From the NCBI GenBank assembly GCA_025786725.1, contig JAHLTZ010000016.1, positions 1 to 64,000 on the forward strand: a DNA stretch of 64,000 nucleotides, in the 5' to 3' direction. A program made the translations under genes and the position numbers. Below are positions 10,830-25,381 of the stretch, one piece after another. Below the pieces are notes generated by a model. That model worked only from the letters and a program-made list of their open reading frames with translations. It did not search any database and was not told the DNA's origin. Origin of the DNA: Syncephalis fuscata S228 (Eukaryota > Fungi > Zoopagomycota). Each line of letters starts with the position of its first letter. Position 1 is the first letter of the stretch.

Positions 10830-13800
10830 TTATTTAAATCCTGTTGGATGTTCAATCTGTCTCAATCGACTATCGACTGCTTGTACAAGCTGTAAAGAAA
10901 TTGGTATAGTCATTAATATGCCGTTAATGAACAATTGCCATTAATTTAATACCTAATAAATTATACACATTACTACTCTATTCATACTGTTTGAATCTAC
11001 ACTAATCTATACCAAACAATGAATTGTACTTTTATATACGTTTAACATGACAAGTATAGCCATTTATCCATTCACTAGCCAACAATAACAATTAAGCAGT
11101 TGAGCAGTATTAACCAGTTAATTGTCACGTTTAATTAAATAACCTTATTTCTGTTTTATTTTTATAGCATGTTTTAGTCCATATATATGTATTGTTTCAT
11201 TTGAACACACATTATGCAAACTATAATTGATTAATGAGCATGCTTTATTTTAATAGATTAAATCAAAAGTCTATGACTGGTGGTAAACTGGCACATAAGT
11301 AATTACGAATTTCCTCGCTTAATCGCTTATCTGCAATATCATTATAATGACATTAAAACAAAACTTAGTTATTCTCTCGACCAAATAATCATCATTCTTA
11401 CCATCTTTACATGTAATAACTGCCGCTTGTAAGCGTTCATTCAGCTGGCTTAAATAGTAAAGTAATTCTATGGCTTTACGTTGTATTTGACTAGGTAGAC
11501 TTACAAAGGGGCCAAATATAGGACCTATCATATAATCATTAACCATCATAATAAGTACCAAGGCTCATAATAATAACGACAATGATAATGATAACACTTA
11601 CCTTTACCGGGTAGCGTAACGTGGAAAAATGGAATCAAATTCATTTGTAGCTGTTTCAAAAACTGTATTACAATTAGCTTATTTTAAATCATTTTTACTT
11701 ATCATTTTACTTACCTGATTATCAAGAGAACTACGTTTACATTGTCGTTTAACAGCATCATTCAAAGCATCAAGAACCACCTATACATACACATGATTTA
11801 TTAGTCAACTGTTATACATCTATATGGCTAGAATGTTTTGTTATAAACCATAGCAGTACCTCTGTTGTTTCAGGATGTAATGTTTTTAAATTCCACAGCA
11901 TCTTGGGTAAAGAAAGTAGCCAACGTTCTAAAGCAACTGCTTCTATAGAACGCGGCTTTATTCGAAAAGTGCCCTTATACTGAGAATGGCATTCCGTCTA
12001 ATGCTATGTTAGCCATCTACCCTTCTCGTATCTAATCCCCTGTTATACTTGCCTTGGTTAAATGAGCAATAAACTCTACACAAAGTCGACGAGATGGTGA
12101 GGTAGCATGGCATCGTTCACCATAAGCACAAATTGCCTAAAATTAAATACACAGCAAATGAGTGCTCTATAGTAGGTCTATTCAAACTATGTCTACCTGG
12201 AATAGAATTGCCTGTTCACTAGCCTCTAAACAATTCATCAGCGTCCACACTGACGGCATCATAGCTGCCAACTGTTCTGGCGGTATTGAATGTACCATAT
12301 TATCTGACTTGTTAGCCGATTTCTACATACACATTGATGTCAGTAAAGCATAAATAGATGGCCGTTTCAACTAATCATTACCGCAGCAGTAGTGTGCCAG
12401 TCAAATACTTCAAGCACATAATCGACAACCTGGCCTGTCCATGGCGGTGCCTGATGATTAAGTGCAGAGTCTTGGTGCATATTCTGATCCTGTGCCATTA
12501 AATAAAGCGATGTCAATTCGCAGAAAGCCGCATTCATGTCTTGTAGTGTCGATTCGGTCTAATATTATAAGTTAGCAACTTGTACAATATATTATTTTAT
12601 GTATTACCTTTTTATCTATTATTTTATGCATATCTTGGCCATAAGGAAAATAAAGTGTAAAATGCTGTAATAAAGACTTCATATTACTATCGATCCAACT
12701 AGCCGTTATCTAATTGAAATATGTTAGCTGTAAATACTATAAATAATTGGTAGCTAACCTGTATCGATATTTGTCGTCCAAAAGCGGCCCGCCATAAAGT
12801 ACGTAAAATACGTAATATTAAATACACGGTACCCAATGAATCATTCGATAGTATATCTCCATGTGCTGTAAATACACTAGGAGCAGACTCTAGCCAAATA
12901 GCTAGTAAAGCAGGTCGCAACGCATCCAGTAGATTAAGTAATTCGGTAACATTCATAGCATTATCACTGCGATCAGTATCATTCATGTTGGTAGACGGCG
13001 TAAATGGATTAAATTGCTTTGCTGCCGTGCCAGCAACTTCATTATGAGCGTATAAAAGTGTTTCAGGTGCATTTAACAAAGCTGATAACGTATGCTATTG
13101 TATGGTTGTTAGTCGTTGCTTATAAGTCAATATCTATATCCTACACTAGCCGGTGATGACCAAGATAAGCAAGGAGACGGAACTGATGCCACATATGACC
13201 TTGATAGTGGCTGATACAGATAATTATTAAAGAACCAATAACTACAATAATACATTTAATTATTTAGTATAATAGATTACTGTAGACTTACGGATCATAT
13301 GCCAATTTGGATGCCGTTATTTTTGTACTTGCTTCTAGGAACCGGCATAGACTTCCCAGTACATCAATACGTAGCTTTTTGTTATTAGCATGTATACTTT
13401 CATTACTATATTATAGCCATTAAAATAAATACCTTTTGTGATCCCACTGTACTTTTTGGATTAATAAATACTGAATTACGTGCCGAACCTGCTAAATACA
13501 TTTATAAACATACTAATCTATATATATATATATTCTATACCGCTCACCAGTATTATAGGCACTGATAGAAGAAGTTGAAATATTACCATGGTTCTGATTA
13601 CCGCTTAATAGACCAATATAGTTAGGTATTAACTAGATGATTACTTATTAATATCAATAGTATTAATATGCAAAATATTAATTACCAATGGCTGTTGAAC
13701 TACCACAAATTCAGGCGCTAATTTAATCCATAAATCGAGAAATAAAAGCGATCCAGCTTGTATAGTTTCATTTAAATGTGTCATGGCTGATCGTGTGTAT

Positions 13801-14459
13801 ACAACAAGTACAGGTAGAAATGGCGCTAAATTGGTCTTGTTACACGACAATTGTCAGTAAAAAGCTGTAAATTACATTAAACCTCTTACCTTATCAAGTG
13901 TAGGTAGGAATTCTTCTAATAAACTATAGAGTGCTTTGCGCACTTGATTATCTTCATCCACCAGTAGACTGGCCATAATATTAACGATACTGCTTAATGA
14001 TGTTGCCAACAAGCCAGGATGCATACGGAACAGCTCACAAAGTCCATTTAAGGCATCTACTAATAGGTAAATCAATAGTTATTTAATGATCTATCAATTA
14101 CCTCGTCGAGTAGATGCACTATAATGTTTTAATTGAGCAGTTAAACTGCCTAATGATTGGTTACGTGAATTGGTTGCTTGATGTGATTTATCAACAGTTA
14201 AACTCTGTCCCGGCAATACAATAGCTATATTGTTTTGTTGTTGTTGTTGTTATTATTACAAATATAAAGTATCTTTATTGATAAACTACCTTGAGATTTA
14301 AACGAAGTCGACGTTGCATTGTCAGCCACTAGTTTCTTCTTGCCGACTTTAAGTTTTTGTTTCTATTAAAACGTTAATTTTGTAGTATACCACTTGTAGA
14401 TTCTGGTCTACCTTAAAGTCTTCGGCCTTTAGCTTCTTCTTGCGAGTGTTTTTAGGCAT
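10830..14459 (-). CDS. IPI1: Pre-rRNA processing protein Ipi1/TEX10 (Rix1 complex), many exons; 3' end approximate
   Basis: MPKNTRKKKLKAEDFK|KQKLKVGKKK..NATSTSFKSQ, LKHYSASTRR, ALNGLCELF, VYTRSAMTHL; C-terminal FGPFVSLPSQIQRKAIELLYY. Confidence 0.85.
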
Positions 14460-14605
14460 GGTGCCAGCAATTAACGACAAAAGTGGTGCTGAAAGAAGAA
14501 AAAGATAAAAAATAATGAACACACATTTTATTACTAATACACCAGCACAATCACTGAAAGTGACGTATCTTTACTTCTTTCGTCTTTTGGTTTATTCAAT
14601 TTGTC

Positions 14606-15300
14606 ATGGCAGAATCGCGTCCTTCTATTGTAGGCGAAGAGGTGCCTGCCTCTTCATTTCCCGTATTCTTAAACTCCAAGGTTATCCACGGCTTTGGTCG
14701 GGGCAGTAAAGATTTAGGCATTCCTACAGGTAGACTACAATAGACGAGAATGCGTTGGGCTATCAACACACATCCTACTGACCACTGTACTCCCTAGCTA
14801 ATATGGAGGAGAAAGCCCAAGAAAGTCTGTGTAAAGACGCGAAATTAGGCGTATACTATGGCTGGGCACAAGTTGTAGGCGTGGAAGACAACACAGTCTT
14901 TCCAATGGTGATGAGTCTTGGCTGGAATCCATTCTACAAGAACGAGAAACGATCGGCCGTAAGTACAAATTACAGGCCATTGCACACTATAAACACTTAT
15001 GACAATTTACTATCTATTCTTTAGGAGGTGCATTTGATTCATCAATTCTCAAATGACTTTTATGGACATCAAATACGTGTAGCTTTATTAGGATACATTC
15101 GACCAGAGAAGAATTACGATAGTTTAGGTAATATGGACATTGACTAGTCAACTGAATAACTAACTAACTCTATTCATATTATAATAGATGCTTTAATTGC
15201 AGATATCCATATGGATATTAAAGTGGCACAGAACTCGTTAAATCGTCCTAGTTACCAAAGTGTGGCACGGCATGCATTTTTTTCACCTGATCAACAATAA
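14606..15300 (+). CDS. FMN1: Riboflavin kinase
   Basis: [16 protein letters not shown]|[42 protein letters not shown]. Confidence 0.95.
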
Positions 15301-15329
15301 ACAAAAAGTTACATTGTAATCTCTAATGA

Positions 15330-16492
15330 TCATTCCTTTGTAATAATAAGATACCAATTATCACGGTCATACCCAGACTGTGCTATATGTGTATGTGGTA
15401 ATGATTCTACCAGTGCATCCAATTCTCCTTCAACGAATAAATGATAATAACTACAATACCATGTAATTAATTAACTGTATTAATTAACTATTAATACCGT
15501 TAAATACTAACCGTTGGTAGACATGTGCCTCTGGTGTCTCTAAGGCAGTTGGATCTACACTAGATGATGGTGGCGATACGGTTACCGTCTCTTCTCGCTG
15601 TGATTTGGGCATTTGATTTATTTTAGTTACCCATGGCACTAATACATCTGGATGATCTGGATCAAATTTACGACGGCCCTATGTTAATTACAGTTGTTAA
15701 CAAAATATTATTGTTAATAATACTGTGGAATATTTACCTTTTGTTCCATGGCCCATACAAAAATAAGCAGCTGGCCCCCTGGCCTTAGCACTCGAAGTAG
15801 CTCCTAAATATGACGAATTAATTTAACTATAACCATACTGGTAGTCATTAATAATAAACAATTACCTTAATAGCGGCTATTCTACGTTCTGGTGACGTGA
15901 AATGATGAATAACCGCAATGGATAAGGCAAAATCCTTTATAATGATAAGTTTAGGCTATTACTATCGAAATACGATGACTATCTTGTATTGTATAGCATT
16001 ATATGGTATAAAGGATACAAATCGTTTACTAACATAAGGCAAACTTAGATTATCACAGCACATTACTTCATGTTGGCGTTCATGGGCTATCGATACTAGG
16101 GATTCGCAGCTATACATCAATTATAAGCTATATGGTTATAAATACAATAACAACAACGATTGATATTACCGATCAGATCCAATAGTATAGACATCAGGAC
16201 GAACACCAAGATATTTCCCGTTACCACAACCAACATCGACACCAATAGCGCCTTTAGGTAACTGTTGGAGAAACTGCTCCACTACTGGCCATGGCTATTT
16301 ATTACACAAATAAATACAGTTGGTTGGTTAGTTAGTTATACAATAGCTATTTAAATAAATAAATAACTAGATAACTACCTTGTAACGTGTCTGGCTGAAA
16401 TGACCAGCAATAGCCTCATAGACTTGGTGGACATAGCGTTCTTCCTTCTCTTGTTCACTTAGATTCAATGTATCTGGAATGGGGTCTGGCAT
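15330..16492 (-). CDS. TRM9: tRNA wobble-uridine carboxymethyltransferase (Trm9/ALKBH8 methyltransferase domain)
   Basis: ERYVHQVYEAIAGHFSQTRYK|PWPVV, DVGCGNGKYL, SIAVIHHFTSPERR, LIFVWAMEQ, QDVLVPW, GYDRDNWY. Confidence 0.92.
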
Positions 16493-16634
16493 TGTTGTTA
16501 ATAGGTTGTGTAGTAACAGTGTGCTAAAAGACAAAAAGATACTAAAACAAACGGCGAAACAGAAAATAGTATCATTTTTACTCTTTTCCTTCTTGGTCTA
16601 TAGCATAGTATATACAAGTAAAAGGTTAACCAAT

Positions 16635-17509
16635 ATGTCAAAGCGTTCTACGACTACACCATTTGGGGAACGGGCCCAAATACATGAGAATTCCGTTGGT
16701 GCAACTCTACTTAATCTCATGGAGCGTAAAAAAACGAATCTATGTATTGCAGCCGACTTGACTACCAAACAAGAGCTGTTAGCACTAGCCAATGCCGTAG
16801 GACCCCATATCTGTCTATTAAAAGCAAGCCATTGAACAATACATATATATATATATTAAAATACTAATATTGTTTTATTAATATTTAGACACATATTGAT
16901 ATTGTACGCGACTTTGATTACGACCTTGTCGATCAATTGACGCGACTTGCTTTGCAACACGATTTTCTTATTTTTGAAGATCGTAAATTCGCCGATATTG
17001 GCAACACTGTGCGTCTACAGTATGGTGAAGGTGTCCACCGTATTGTGCAATGGGCCCATTTAATTGATGCCCATACATTACCAGGTGATGGTATTGTTCG
17101 AGGACTTAAAGAAGTCGGTGTGCCATTTGGACGTGGACTTATCCTACTTGCTCAAATGTCTAGTGCCAATTCGCTATTTACACCAGATTATACAGCAGCC
17201 AGTGTAGAAATGGCCCGTGCCCATACTGATTTTGTCGTAGGATTTGTTACAGGCAGCCGTTTGACCGATGGTGAAGATCAACGCGATTTTATCCACTTTA
17301 CACCTGGTGTGTCATTATCGGCAACAGGCGATGCACTAGGCCAACAGTATCGCACACCACGTCAAGCTGTACTTGAATGTGGCACAGATGTGGTCATTGT
17401 TGGTCGTGGTATCTACGGTGCAGCTGATCCGGCTATTGAAGCCAAAAGATATCGCGATGATGCCTGGCAAGCCTATTGTGAACGGGTTGGCAATATAACT
17501 GAACTATAA
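16635..17509 (+). CDS. URA3: Orotidine-5'-phosphate decarboxylase; one GC-AG intron at 16824-16888
   Basis: KKTNLCIAAD, ICLLK|THID, LIFEDRKFADIGNTVRLQY, TPGV, DALGQQYRTP, IVGRGIY. Confidence 0.97.
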
Positions 17510-17721
17510 AGCTTTTTCATCTATGTCTATCAATAATGATTAAAACAAAATGAATAATTAACAAACGATGATAAATATAGATTAATTAACAAGTGACTAT
17601 CCACTAGTATGATTAATGACAACATTTTTAATTGAATTTATTTATTCACTCACTACTAAAATATAATAAAATAGACGCAAATGCAAATGCAGAAAACATA
17701 CAAGAAGAAACTATTGACGCT

Positions 17722-20700
17722 TTAGTAGCGTCCACTAGGCAATGAAGTGGGAAGTGAACTAGCCAAATGAGATGGCACTGGACCAAGAAGTGAATTAGTA
17801 TTCATACTTGGCCCATTTGTGCCATTGTTATGGTTAGAAGTGTGAACAAGGCGCGATGGTAATGGTGGCGATGCCGCATTAGTATATGATTGCATTGCAT
17901 TGTTCATTGATGCAGCATGTCTTATTCCGTCTAATGTTGTCGTTGAATGATGAGGATGTGAATGATGCAAATGATGAGGCAGTGAAGAAGGCTGATGATA
18001 AGAAGAAACAGGCGGTTGAGAAGATTGATGTTGATACTGCTGTTGTTGTTGTTGTTGTTGAGTGTGATGTAATGGATGGTGAGCTGAAGATGAATTGTAG
18101 TCATATGAAGATGGCTGCAGTGCATGAGATGGTGGTGGTCGAAGATTAGAATGACGATATGAATGTTGAGATGGCATCGACGATCCCATTGGATTCAATA
18201 ATATATTGGACGCTGTTGAAGATGCAGTTGGATGAGTATTAATGGTAGATGGATCCGATGCAAGTGGTCCACGTAACATTGAATTACTCATACCATTTGT
18301 ACTAATACCCGCATCAACAAGAATGCGTCCCAGATCGGTGGCCACCGCAGTAGCAGCCGCTTTAATTGATACACTATTCACTGCTTCTAATCCATCCATT
18401 CCGTTAGCCCGTGCTACTCGGCAATCCTTGTGTGCTAGTAACAAAGTCTTTAAATTAATAATCTCTTCTCTTAAAGAGGTTGCCTGATCTTGTAGTTGGT
18501 CATTTTCACGAGATGTTAAATCAATTCGGTGTTGTAATTGATTGAGCCATGCCTTTTTGCGCTGTCGGCATTTGAGTGCAGCTATTAATGGTAATAAAAT
18601 TAATAAACTTAGCTATATCCAATATCTATTGCTCTACGCTTACCAAGTCGATTACGTTCAAGGAAGCTTTGTCGCTTTTCTCGTTCATCATCGGGTAAAT
18701 GATCTAGATTAACCTTTGGAATACGGCGTCGATCAATAGTTTGGCGTTTAGTAAGCGGTAGACCTTCCATTAAATGGCCATAGCTCTCCATATAGTCGGC
18801 GGCAGGTACAGATCCGCGTGGTGTCTTGGGATTTTGTGAGCGAGATCGTTTAGCAGGTGTGACAGATTTTGTATGCTGGTCTTCGTTGCTACTACGTTCA
18901 CGTAGCCGTGTAGTCATAGTAATTGTGTTGTTGATGTGTTTGGCAGTAGTTTCTATTGGAGAAAATGTACTATTATCCATAGCAGATGTTGAAGGGGGCG
19001 ACGACGATGACGACGGCGACGGCGACGACAAGTGCGATGGTGGCGGTGCATACATTGGACCAATACGTGGTGTATACTTTTGCGACGTGTTCTGTGCCAC
19101 AGTTATATGAGCCGCCTTGGTCGACTAATTGTCATGGTGTAAGCATAGCTGTCATTAGTACGCTTGATTCAACTTACCTGTGAACCAGTAATATCCGATG
19201 ATGGCGGATGGCTGCCATTCGATCCTGTGGCCACGTGCCTACCACTATCACCAGTCATATCATCGTGCATAGAGGCAGCAGTAGAAATGGCCGTCGTCGT
19301 CGTTTTAGCTTGATTATTATTACAATTGGTGAGCTGGTCCGGTGCAATGACTGCAGGCAGTGAAACCAACGGATTCAATTCATTGGAAAGTACCATAGAA
19401 TCTATGGAAGTATCCATACTTACAGCTGCTTCTACAACTGCAGCAACTGCAGCTGCACGTACCTGCTCCTCTCGTTTAATTGCTACTTGTTCCTGTGCTG
19501 CAGCGGCAAAGAGTGCAGCCGTCATTGGCGACAGCGGTGGTGCGTTAGACGTGTTTGGATTAAGACCGACCGCCTTAGCGAATAGTGGATTGATAGCAGG
19601 AGCACTGAATCGGGTTGCTACACCGCCATCTACCGGTCCTGATGCATTAACAGTTGATGTGTAGCCGTGGCTTTGACTATTTGTGCTTAATACATTTGAA
19701 ATTGAATCCATAATTGTTTCGTTTTTTGGATTTACAAATTCGTGATTGGCACTTGGTACAGTTGATAAAGAAGATATAATTTGCTGCCCACTGCTTGAAG
19801 ATATTTCGGTTATGGGCGGTACAATTGCTAATGATGAAGTGGGCGAAGTAGGCAATGCTACACTGCTAGTACGACTTATACTGCCGTCACTACTATTGCT
19901 GATACTGCTGTGGCCTGTATTACGGTGTGTAGATGCAATCGTTTTTGCTAAAAGGGGCTGTGGCGAGTCCCTTGGTCCTTGTAGTAGGCTCGGAGATAAC
20001 GGCCCGAATCTTAAAGAGTCCCAGCCAAAAACTCCTGTATTTGCCGATGAACGAGTTGTAATGATAGCCGGATTAGGCGAGTCAATAGACGCGGCAGGAG
20101 GTAGTACTGTTCGTGGTGATGGTCGCTGTCCTTTTGCCGAACGGCCAGTAGGTGAAGAGTCAATTCCAGTAGTCGATCGTGTCTTTGTACTGGATACTGG
20201 TGCATCGAGTGTATTTACGGATCGAAGAGATGATCCAGCTGTCGTTATTAAGCTGCCGTTGCATCAGTAGTGCAGTGGTAGTTGCACCGTTACGATAATC
20301 TCCAGTATTGGCTGGTGGATTAGGTGCAGATGATCGACGTTGACCTGATAAATGGCTGTTATTGCCGTAATTACTACTATTGTTGGTTTGAGTCAATGGT
20401 AATGTACCGTCTTCTTTACGTTTATTCGTCGTATCCGATAAAGCAAATGTATCTGCTCCTAAGAATGTCGGATCTGATTCAGGAGATGCAAGTTGCGAAA
20501 AAGATTGTTCAAATGGATTTGGCTCAAAATCCAACTTGTTTAAAGCGGTTAGAAAGCGAGACGGAGTTTGACCAGCCAGATCCAACGAAGCAACTTCAGT
20601 TGATGGTACAAGTAACTGCTGCGGTTGGTGCTGTTGTTTCTGTCTAGCCGGATTGGCTCTATTCGTAGCAATTGTTGCTGTAATGTCGGCAATAATAGGC
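17722..20700 (-). CDS. ATF1: Atf1/ATF2-like bZIP transcription factor; start not resolved
   Basis: KLDFEPNPFEQSF, VLPPAASIDSP, WDSLRFGPLSPSLLQGP (Atf1 N-terminal motifs); bZIP EKRQSFLERNRL|AALKCRQRKKAWL..LREEIINLKTLLLAHKDC. Confidence 0.88.
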
Positions 20701-20956
20701 TCTATAATACAATAGATTAGCTACTATAATTTATCATTAGTCGTTTATTGTTTAGCATATGCATATATCCGCAAATAGTATTAACAATAATAATGCGCAT
20801 ACATACATAATGAGTTTGTGCACTTGCTATTAGTATTTCCAATATCAATACGCTTAATATTACTATTGCTTGAATATTAAATAAAATGAATTGGAAAATG
20901 TTAAAGAAACAACTAGTAAATGAAAGTAGTTTCGCCTAATTTGATATACGATTTCT

Positions 20957-20964
20957 TGACGTCA
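20957..20964. promoter_or_regulatory. Perfect CRE palindrome TGACGTCA upstream of the Atf1-like gene
   Basis: Exact match, with adjacent ATGAC half-sites at ~20967 and ~20981. Confidence 0.5.
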
Positions 20965-21234
20965 TAATGACATAAATTAAATGACGGATATGGAAAGCAT
21001 TTTGGCCCTAGTAATATGTGATCCAGTATGAAAATCACTACCGATTGGATGAATGGACGGATGATTAACCGATTGGCCAGTTTGTCCTTTCTCTCTCTAT
21101 GTGTGTGTCGGCCGGACCGTCAGCCGACTGGGCCGTCGTTTAATCATTGGGCCAGTATGACACGCCTCAAGAGCATGTGTTATGCAGTAACTAAACCATG
21201 CCATGCGATAAATAGAGAGACTATTGCATGGCAC

Positions 21235-21380
21235 AACACATACATACATACATATCCACACACAAGTATACACTCACTCACTCACACATTCACACACACT
21301 CACACCGCATACACGCAAGTGCATACATACATACATACATACATACACACGTATACACACATATACATGTATATATAACT
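21235..21380. repeat. (ACAT)n/(AC)n microsatellite
   Basis: Directly visible. Confidence 0.9.
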
Positions 21381-22047
21381 ATGAGAATTTATAGAATGTT
21401 ATTTGAATAACATCATATAGACGCCAAGACTACCGAGCTTTGTATACACACGCTGCATTCAGAATAATACTGGTGGTATGTGCTGGTGGATACGATAATT
21501 GGTTGTAGCGATTACCGTATCTACTAGAACAGCGTACCAGTATTACGCTAGATACAATGCGCACAGTGTAATACAAGTAATCGGTAGATACGTCATGATG
21601 ACCGCATAGCGCATTCTATATAAAACAATAAAGCTTACCAGATAAATCGCGCTCCGCCATACTTGACGCTCGATTTAACACAACGACTAGATTAACGACT
21701 ACAGAAATTCACCAGCACGTAGATAGTTAACCAATGCAACAAGTTGGCGTAATTGGAGACAAAGGTGAAAACAAGAGTAGTAGACTCGGAGTGAACGTGG
21801 TGTGGAAAAAGTATGAGCTCATCCATATGAGAGGATGACGGTTAAAGTGGGAAGAAAAATAGGGTGATATAAAGTGAGAACGAATGAGGAATAAACGAGC
21901 GAGCAAGCAGGCAGGCAGGCAGGCAATGTAATATAGGTGCAGTTGTTACTTGTTCGGCAGAGGGGTAATTTAATCGGAGCCACCAGGCAGTACAAACCCA
22001 CGCGTATGCGTGGTCACAGCCAAGAAGACAGGATATGAGCAGTTGGA

Positions 22048-22117
22048 AAGAGAGAGAGAGTAGAGAACAAGATAGAGAGATAGAAAGAAAGAAAAAGAAA
22101 GAAAATATAGTATGAAT

Positions 22118-22151
<34 letters not shown>

Positions 22152-22200
22152 AGCATGAATGTGTGTGTGTGTGTGAGAGAGTGGGTGGATGTATGTATGC
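22048..22200. repeat. (AG)n/(AAAG)n/(GT)n microsatellite cluster
   Basis: Directly visible. Confidence 0.9.
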
Positions 22201-22228
22201 AGCACCGCTATAACCATAAGCCCGATTA

Positions 22229-22664
22229 CTAAAATAGTTTCTCCGCTAGACCAACATCCTTGGCAATATAGTAGAAATGTATTGTACAGCATGATGTGAA
22301 ACTAAAACGCATAAAGCACACCGCGTATAGTTGTTTATTTTGTGCACAAACTAGTCTTGGTATAAAGTGTGGATATGCTTGCAATAGCCGCTACCATCAT
22401 CAATGGTAAGCATCTACTACTACTTGACATGTATGCAGGTTGCACACTTACCTTGTACTTGTTCTACGTTGGATACATTCCAGCTAGCACACCACTACAA
22501 CAGACCATTAATAAATAAAATATCTATTTATGTCATTCTATTAACTCTACCTTGTTAAACGAGACCGGTAAAGATAGATTTAAAACACGTATGGCCGTAT
22601 AAGTACAGGCAAGTGCCACTATATGTGGTGGATAGTCAAGCGACAATGTCTCGGATCGCATACT

Positions 22665-22699
<35 letters not shown>

Positions 22700-23861
22700 T
22701 AATACATATGCATCCAGTTTATAGCAACAGTTAAATAAAATAGCCCTGTTGAATCCAAAGAACCACATGTATAAATGCTTACCTATCATTGGCATATGAC
22801 CATGCAAGTTGTAAGAGTGTACGGGCCATTGGCTGTCGTGAAGGTGGCAGTACTTCTAAACACGTAACAGTTTAGAATTCATACGTATTATTGGTATAGC
22901 TATATGGATACAATTACTTGTATGTTCAAGTAGGCGCACTACTTACTACTATCATTAGAATTGCTATCCGCATCGTCGTTATTATTACAATTGTTGTTGT
23001 AGTCATCTTCATCATCTTCGTTGTCAGATACGTTATCTGGATTCTCTATATATTTATCTGGTTGTAATAAGCGTTGTACCACTCGTGATACCCATATATG
23101 TGGTGTTGGTACATTAACATCAAATTGTAATATACGTAATACTGCTAGCTCTGCTGCAACTAATGAATCTCTCATACGTTGATATTTCTAATATAGTAAA
23201 TCATATATAATATATAATGTATGTATAAATGTTATTAAATAGTAAATTACCATATAACTATACATAATACCTACGTCATCAAGATTCAAGTACGGTTGTT
23301 TGGTATTTAAAACACTATTGACAAAGCATAATTAGTTTATGTATAATATTTGATTGCTATACGCACAGATAACTAACATTAATAAGATCGCGTACTTTAC
23401 GTAATGTCTCGGTTGATTTGCATGCTAAATGTAGACACGCGGCTCCCATTAACTAAATAGACCGTTTAATATTAATATTGAATTATAAACGACTAATGTA
23501 ATTACATGTTCATCCAAATCAATATACTCGACCTCTTCCTTTGGCGCCTCTCTTAGAAAGCGACGACATTGATGAAGATAGATTTGTGCAGTAGCCGCCG
23601 TCATACGTGGTCTACAATTTATTATCAAATATTAATAACATTAATTAATAGTATTATCAATTAATATTAATTATTTAACTATTATAGTCACTAGCGTAAA
23701 TAAAACACTTACAATTCAAGTAGATCGCTACATATTAATAGAAATTCAAATACTGGCAACGGTTCTATAGCTCTTCGCTCAGATTCCCGGTCGGCTTTGC
23801 CTGGGATTGGCAACTTTGCTGCAGACGAAACAGTGGTTGTTGGTGTAGACGAGTCGTTCAT
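22229..23861 (-). CDS. Transcriptional cyclin (cyclin K/L/Q-like), multi-exon; 3' end uncertain
   Basis: TAATAQIYLH, GAACLHLACKSTETLRKVRDLIN, MRDSLVAAELAVLRILQFDVNVPTPH. Confidence 0.8.
22665..22700. repeat. (GATA)n microsatellite, intronic
   Basis: Directly visible. Confidence 0.9.
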
Positions 23862-23961
23862 GGTCTTAGAATGAGAAGCAATCTAGCAGTGACTTGTCAC
23901 CCCGTCCACGCTTTTAGCTGTTTTCTTTTCTTCATTTGTCCGTAACTCTCTGCTGTCACGT

Positions 23962-25381
23962 ATGCCGCCACTTGAACTAGTTGCCGAACTAAAAGGTAAG
24001 CAGTAGTTACACAGCAGCAAGCAAGCAATTAACCCTACGCCTATTACTGCGTATCCATTCATTTATTCATTCATTGGTGTTTAGGCCATGCCGATCGGGT
24101 CTGGCAAGTAAGCTGGCACCCTAAACAACTTGCCTTAGTCAGCTGTAGTGGAGACAAGACAGCGCGTATATGGTCACCATCCAATAGACAGAATACAAGT
24201 GAAGGAAATAGTATTTCGGCTGACTGGCACTGTGTTCATATATTAGAGGGTGCTCATGAACGCACTATACGCAGTGTTGCCTATTCACCTTCGGGTAAGA
24301 CAATTGCTACGGCCAGTTTCGATGCATCCACTGCCATTTGGGAACAGACAGGCGATGATGGAGGTAATACCAGCAATAACTGCCCAGTGGATAGTAGTTA
24401 AATGGAATAACAATATATAGAATTTGAATGTACAGCCACGCTAGAAGGTCATGAAAATGAAGTGAAAAGTGTAGCCTGGTCTTATAACGGCACTCTACTC
24501 TCCACCTGTAGTCGAGATAAAAGCGTATGGATTTGGGAAGGTAGGTCAAATAGTATAATCCATTTAGACATTATGCATAACCTGTATTAGTTGGTCAAGA
24601 GGGAGAAGACTTTGAGTGTGTCAGTGTATTGCAAGAGCATTTACAAGATGTTAAAATGGTAGCATGGCATCCTAGTGAAGAAGTAAGTATACCAAGCTAC
24701 TTATTCCATCCATTAAACGACATTTGTAGCTATTAATATCCGCTAGTTATGACGACACAATTCGTGTATGGCGTGAAGATGACGATGATTGGTATTGCGC
24801 CAGTGTATTGTCAGGACATCAATCTACTGTTTGGTCGGTTGATTTCGATAAAGATGGTCGTCATATTGTATCAGGCAGTGACGATAATACAATAAAGATA
24901 TGGAGACGGCAAAAGACAGCAACAGAAGAGCAACGTAAGTTGAAATATGCACAAATAGGCGTGTATATACATATACATATAATGATTTATTCTAGCATCT
25001 GTATTCCGTCGACAGAACCACGACGCACTATGGCAATGTGTTGCAACCATTAATGAACAACATAGCCGGTGTATCTATTACGTGTCATGGTCAAAAGTAC
25101 ATAATAGAATAGTGACAGCATCAGGCGATAATAATGTCAAAGTATTTGAAATCAACGAGGTATGAGTTATTTTACATTAATAATATCTAACTGATAAATA
25201 CTTGTATTTATAGGATATGTCAACCGGAACACTATCTACACAATTAGCTTGTGTAAAAGAAAATGCACATGGTGTTACCGATGTTAATGTAGCAATATGG
25301 TGTTCATTACCAGAATATGGAAATCTACTGGCTACTGGGGGAGATGATGGCATAGTTCGTATCTGGCGTTATAATGAATAA
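23962..25381 (+). CDS. CIA1: WD40 cytosolic Fe-S assembly protein Cia1
   Basis: [84 protein letters not shown]. Confidence 0.95.

Noticed and set aside
21028-22292. His/Thr/Tyr-rich ORFs
   Set aside because: Artefacts of microsatellites.
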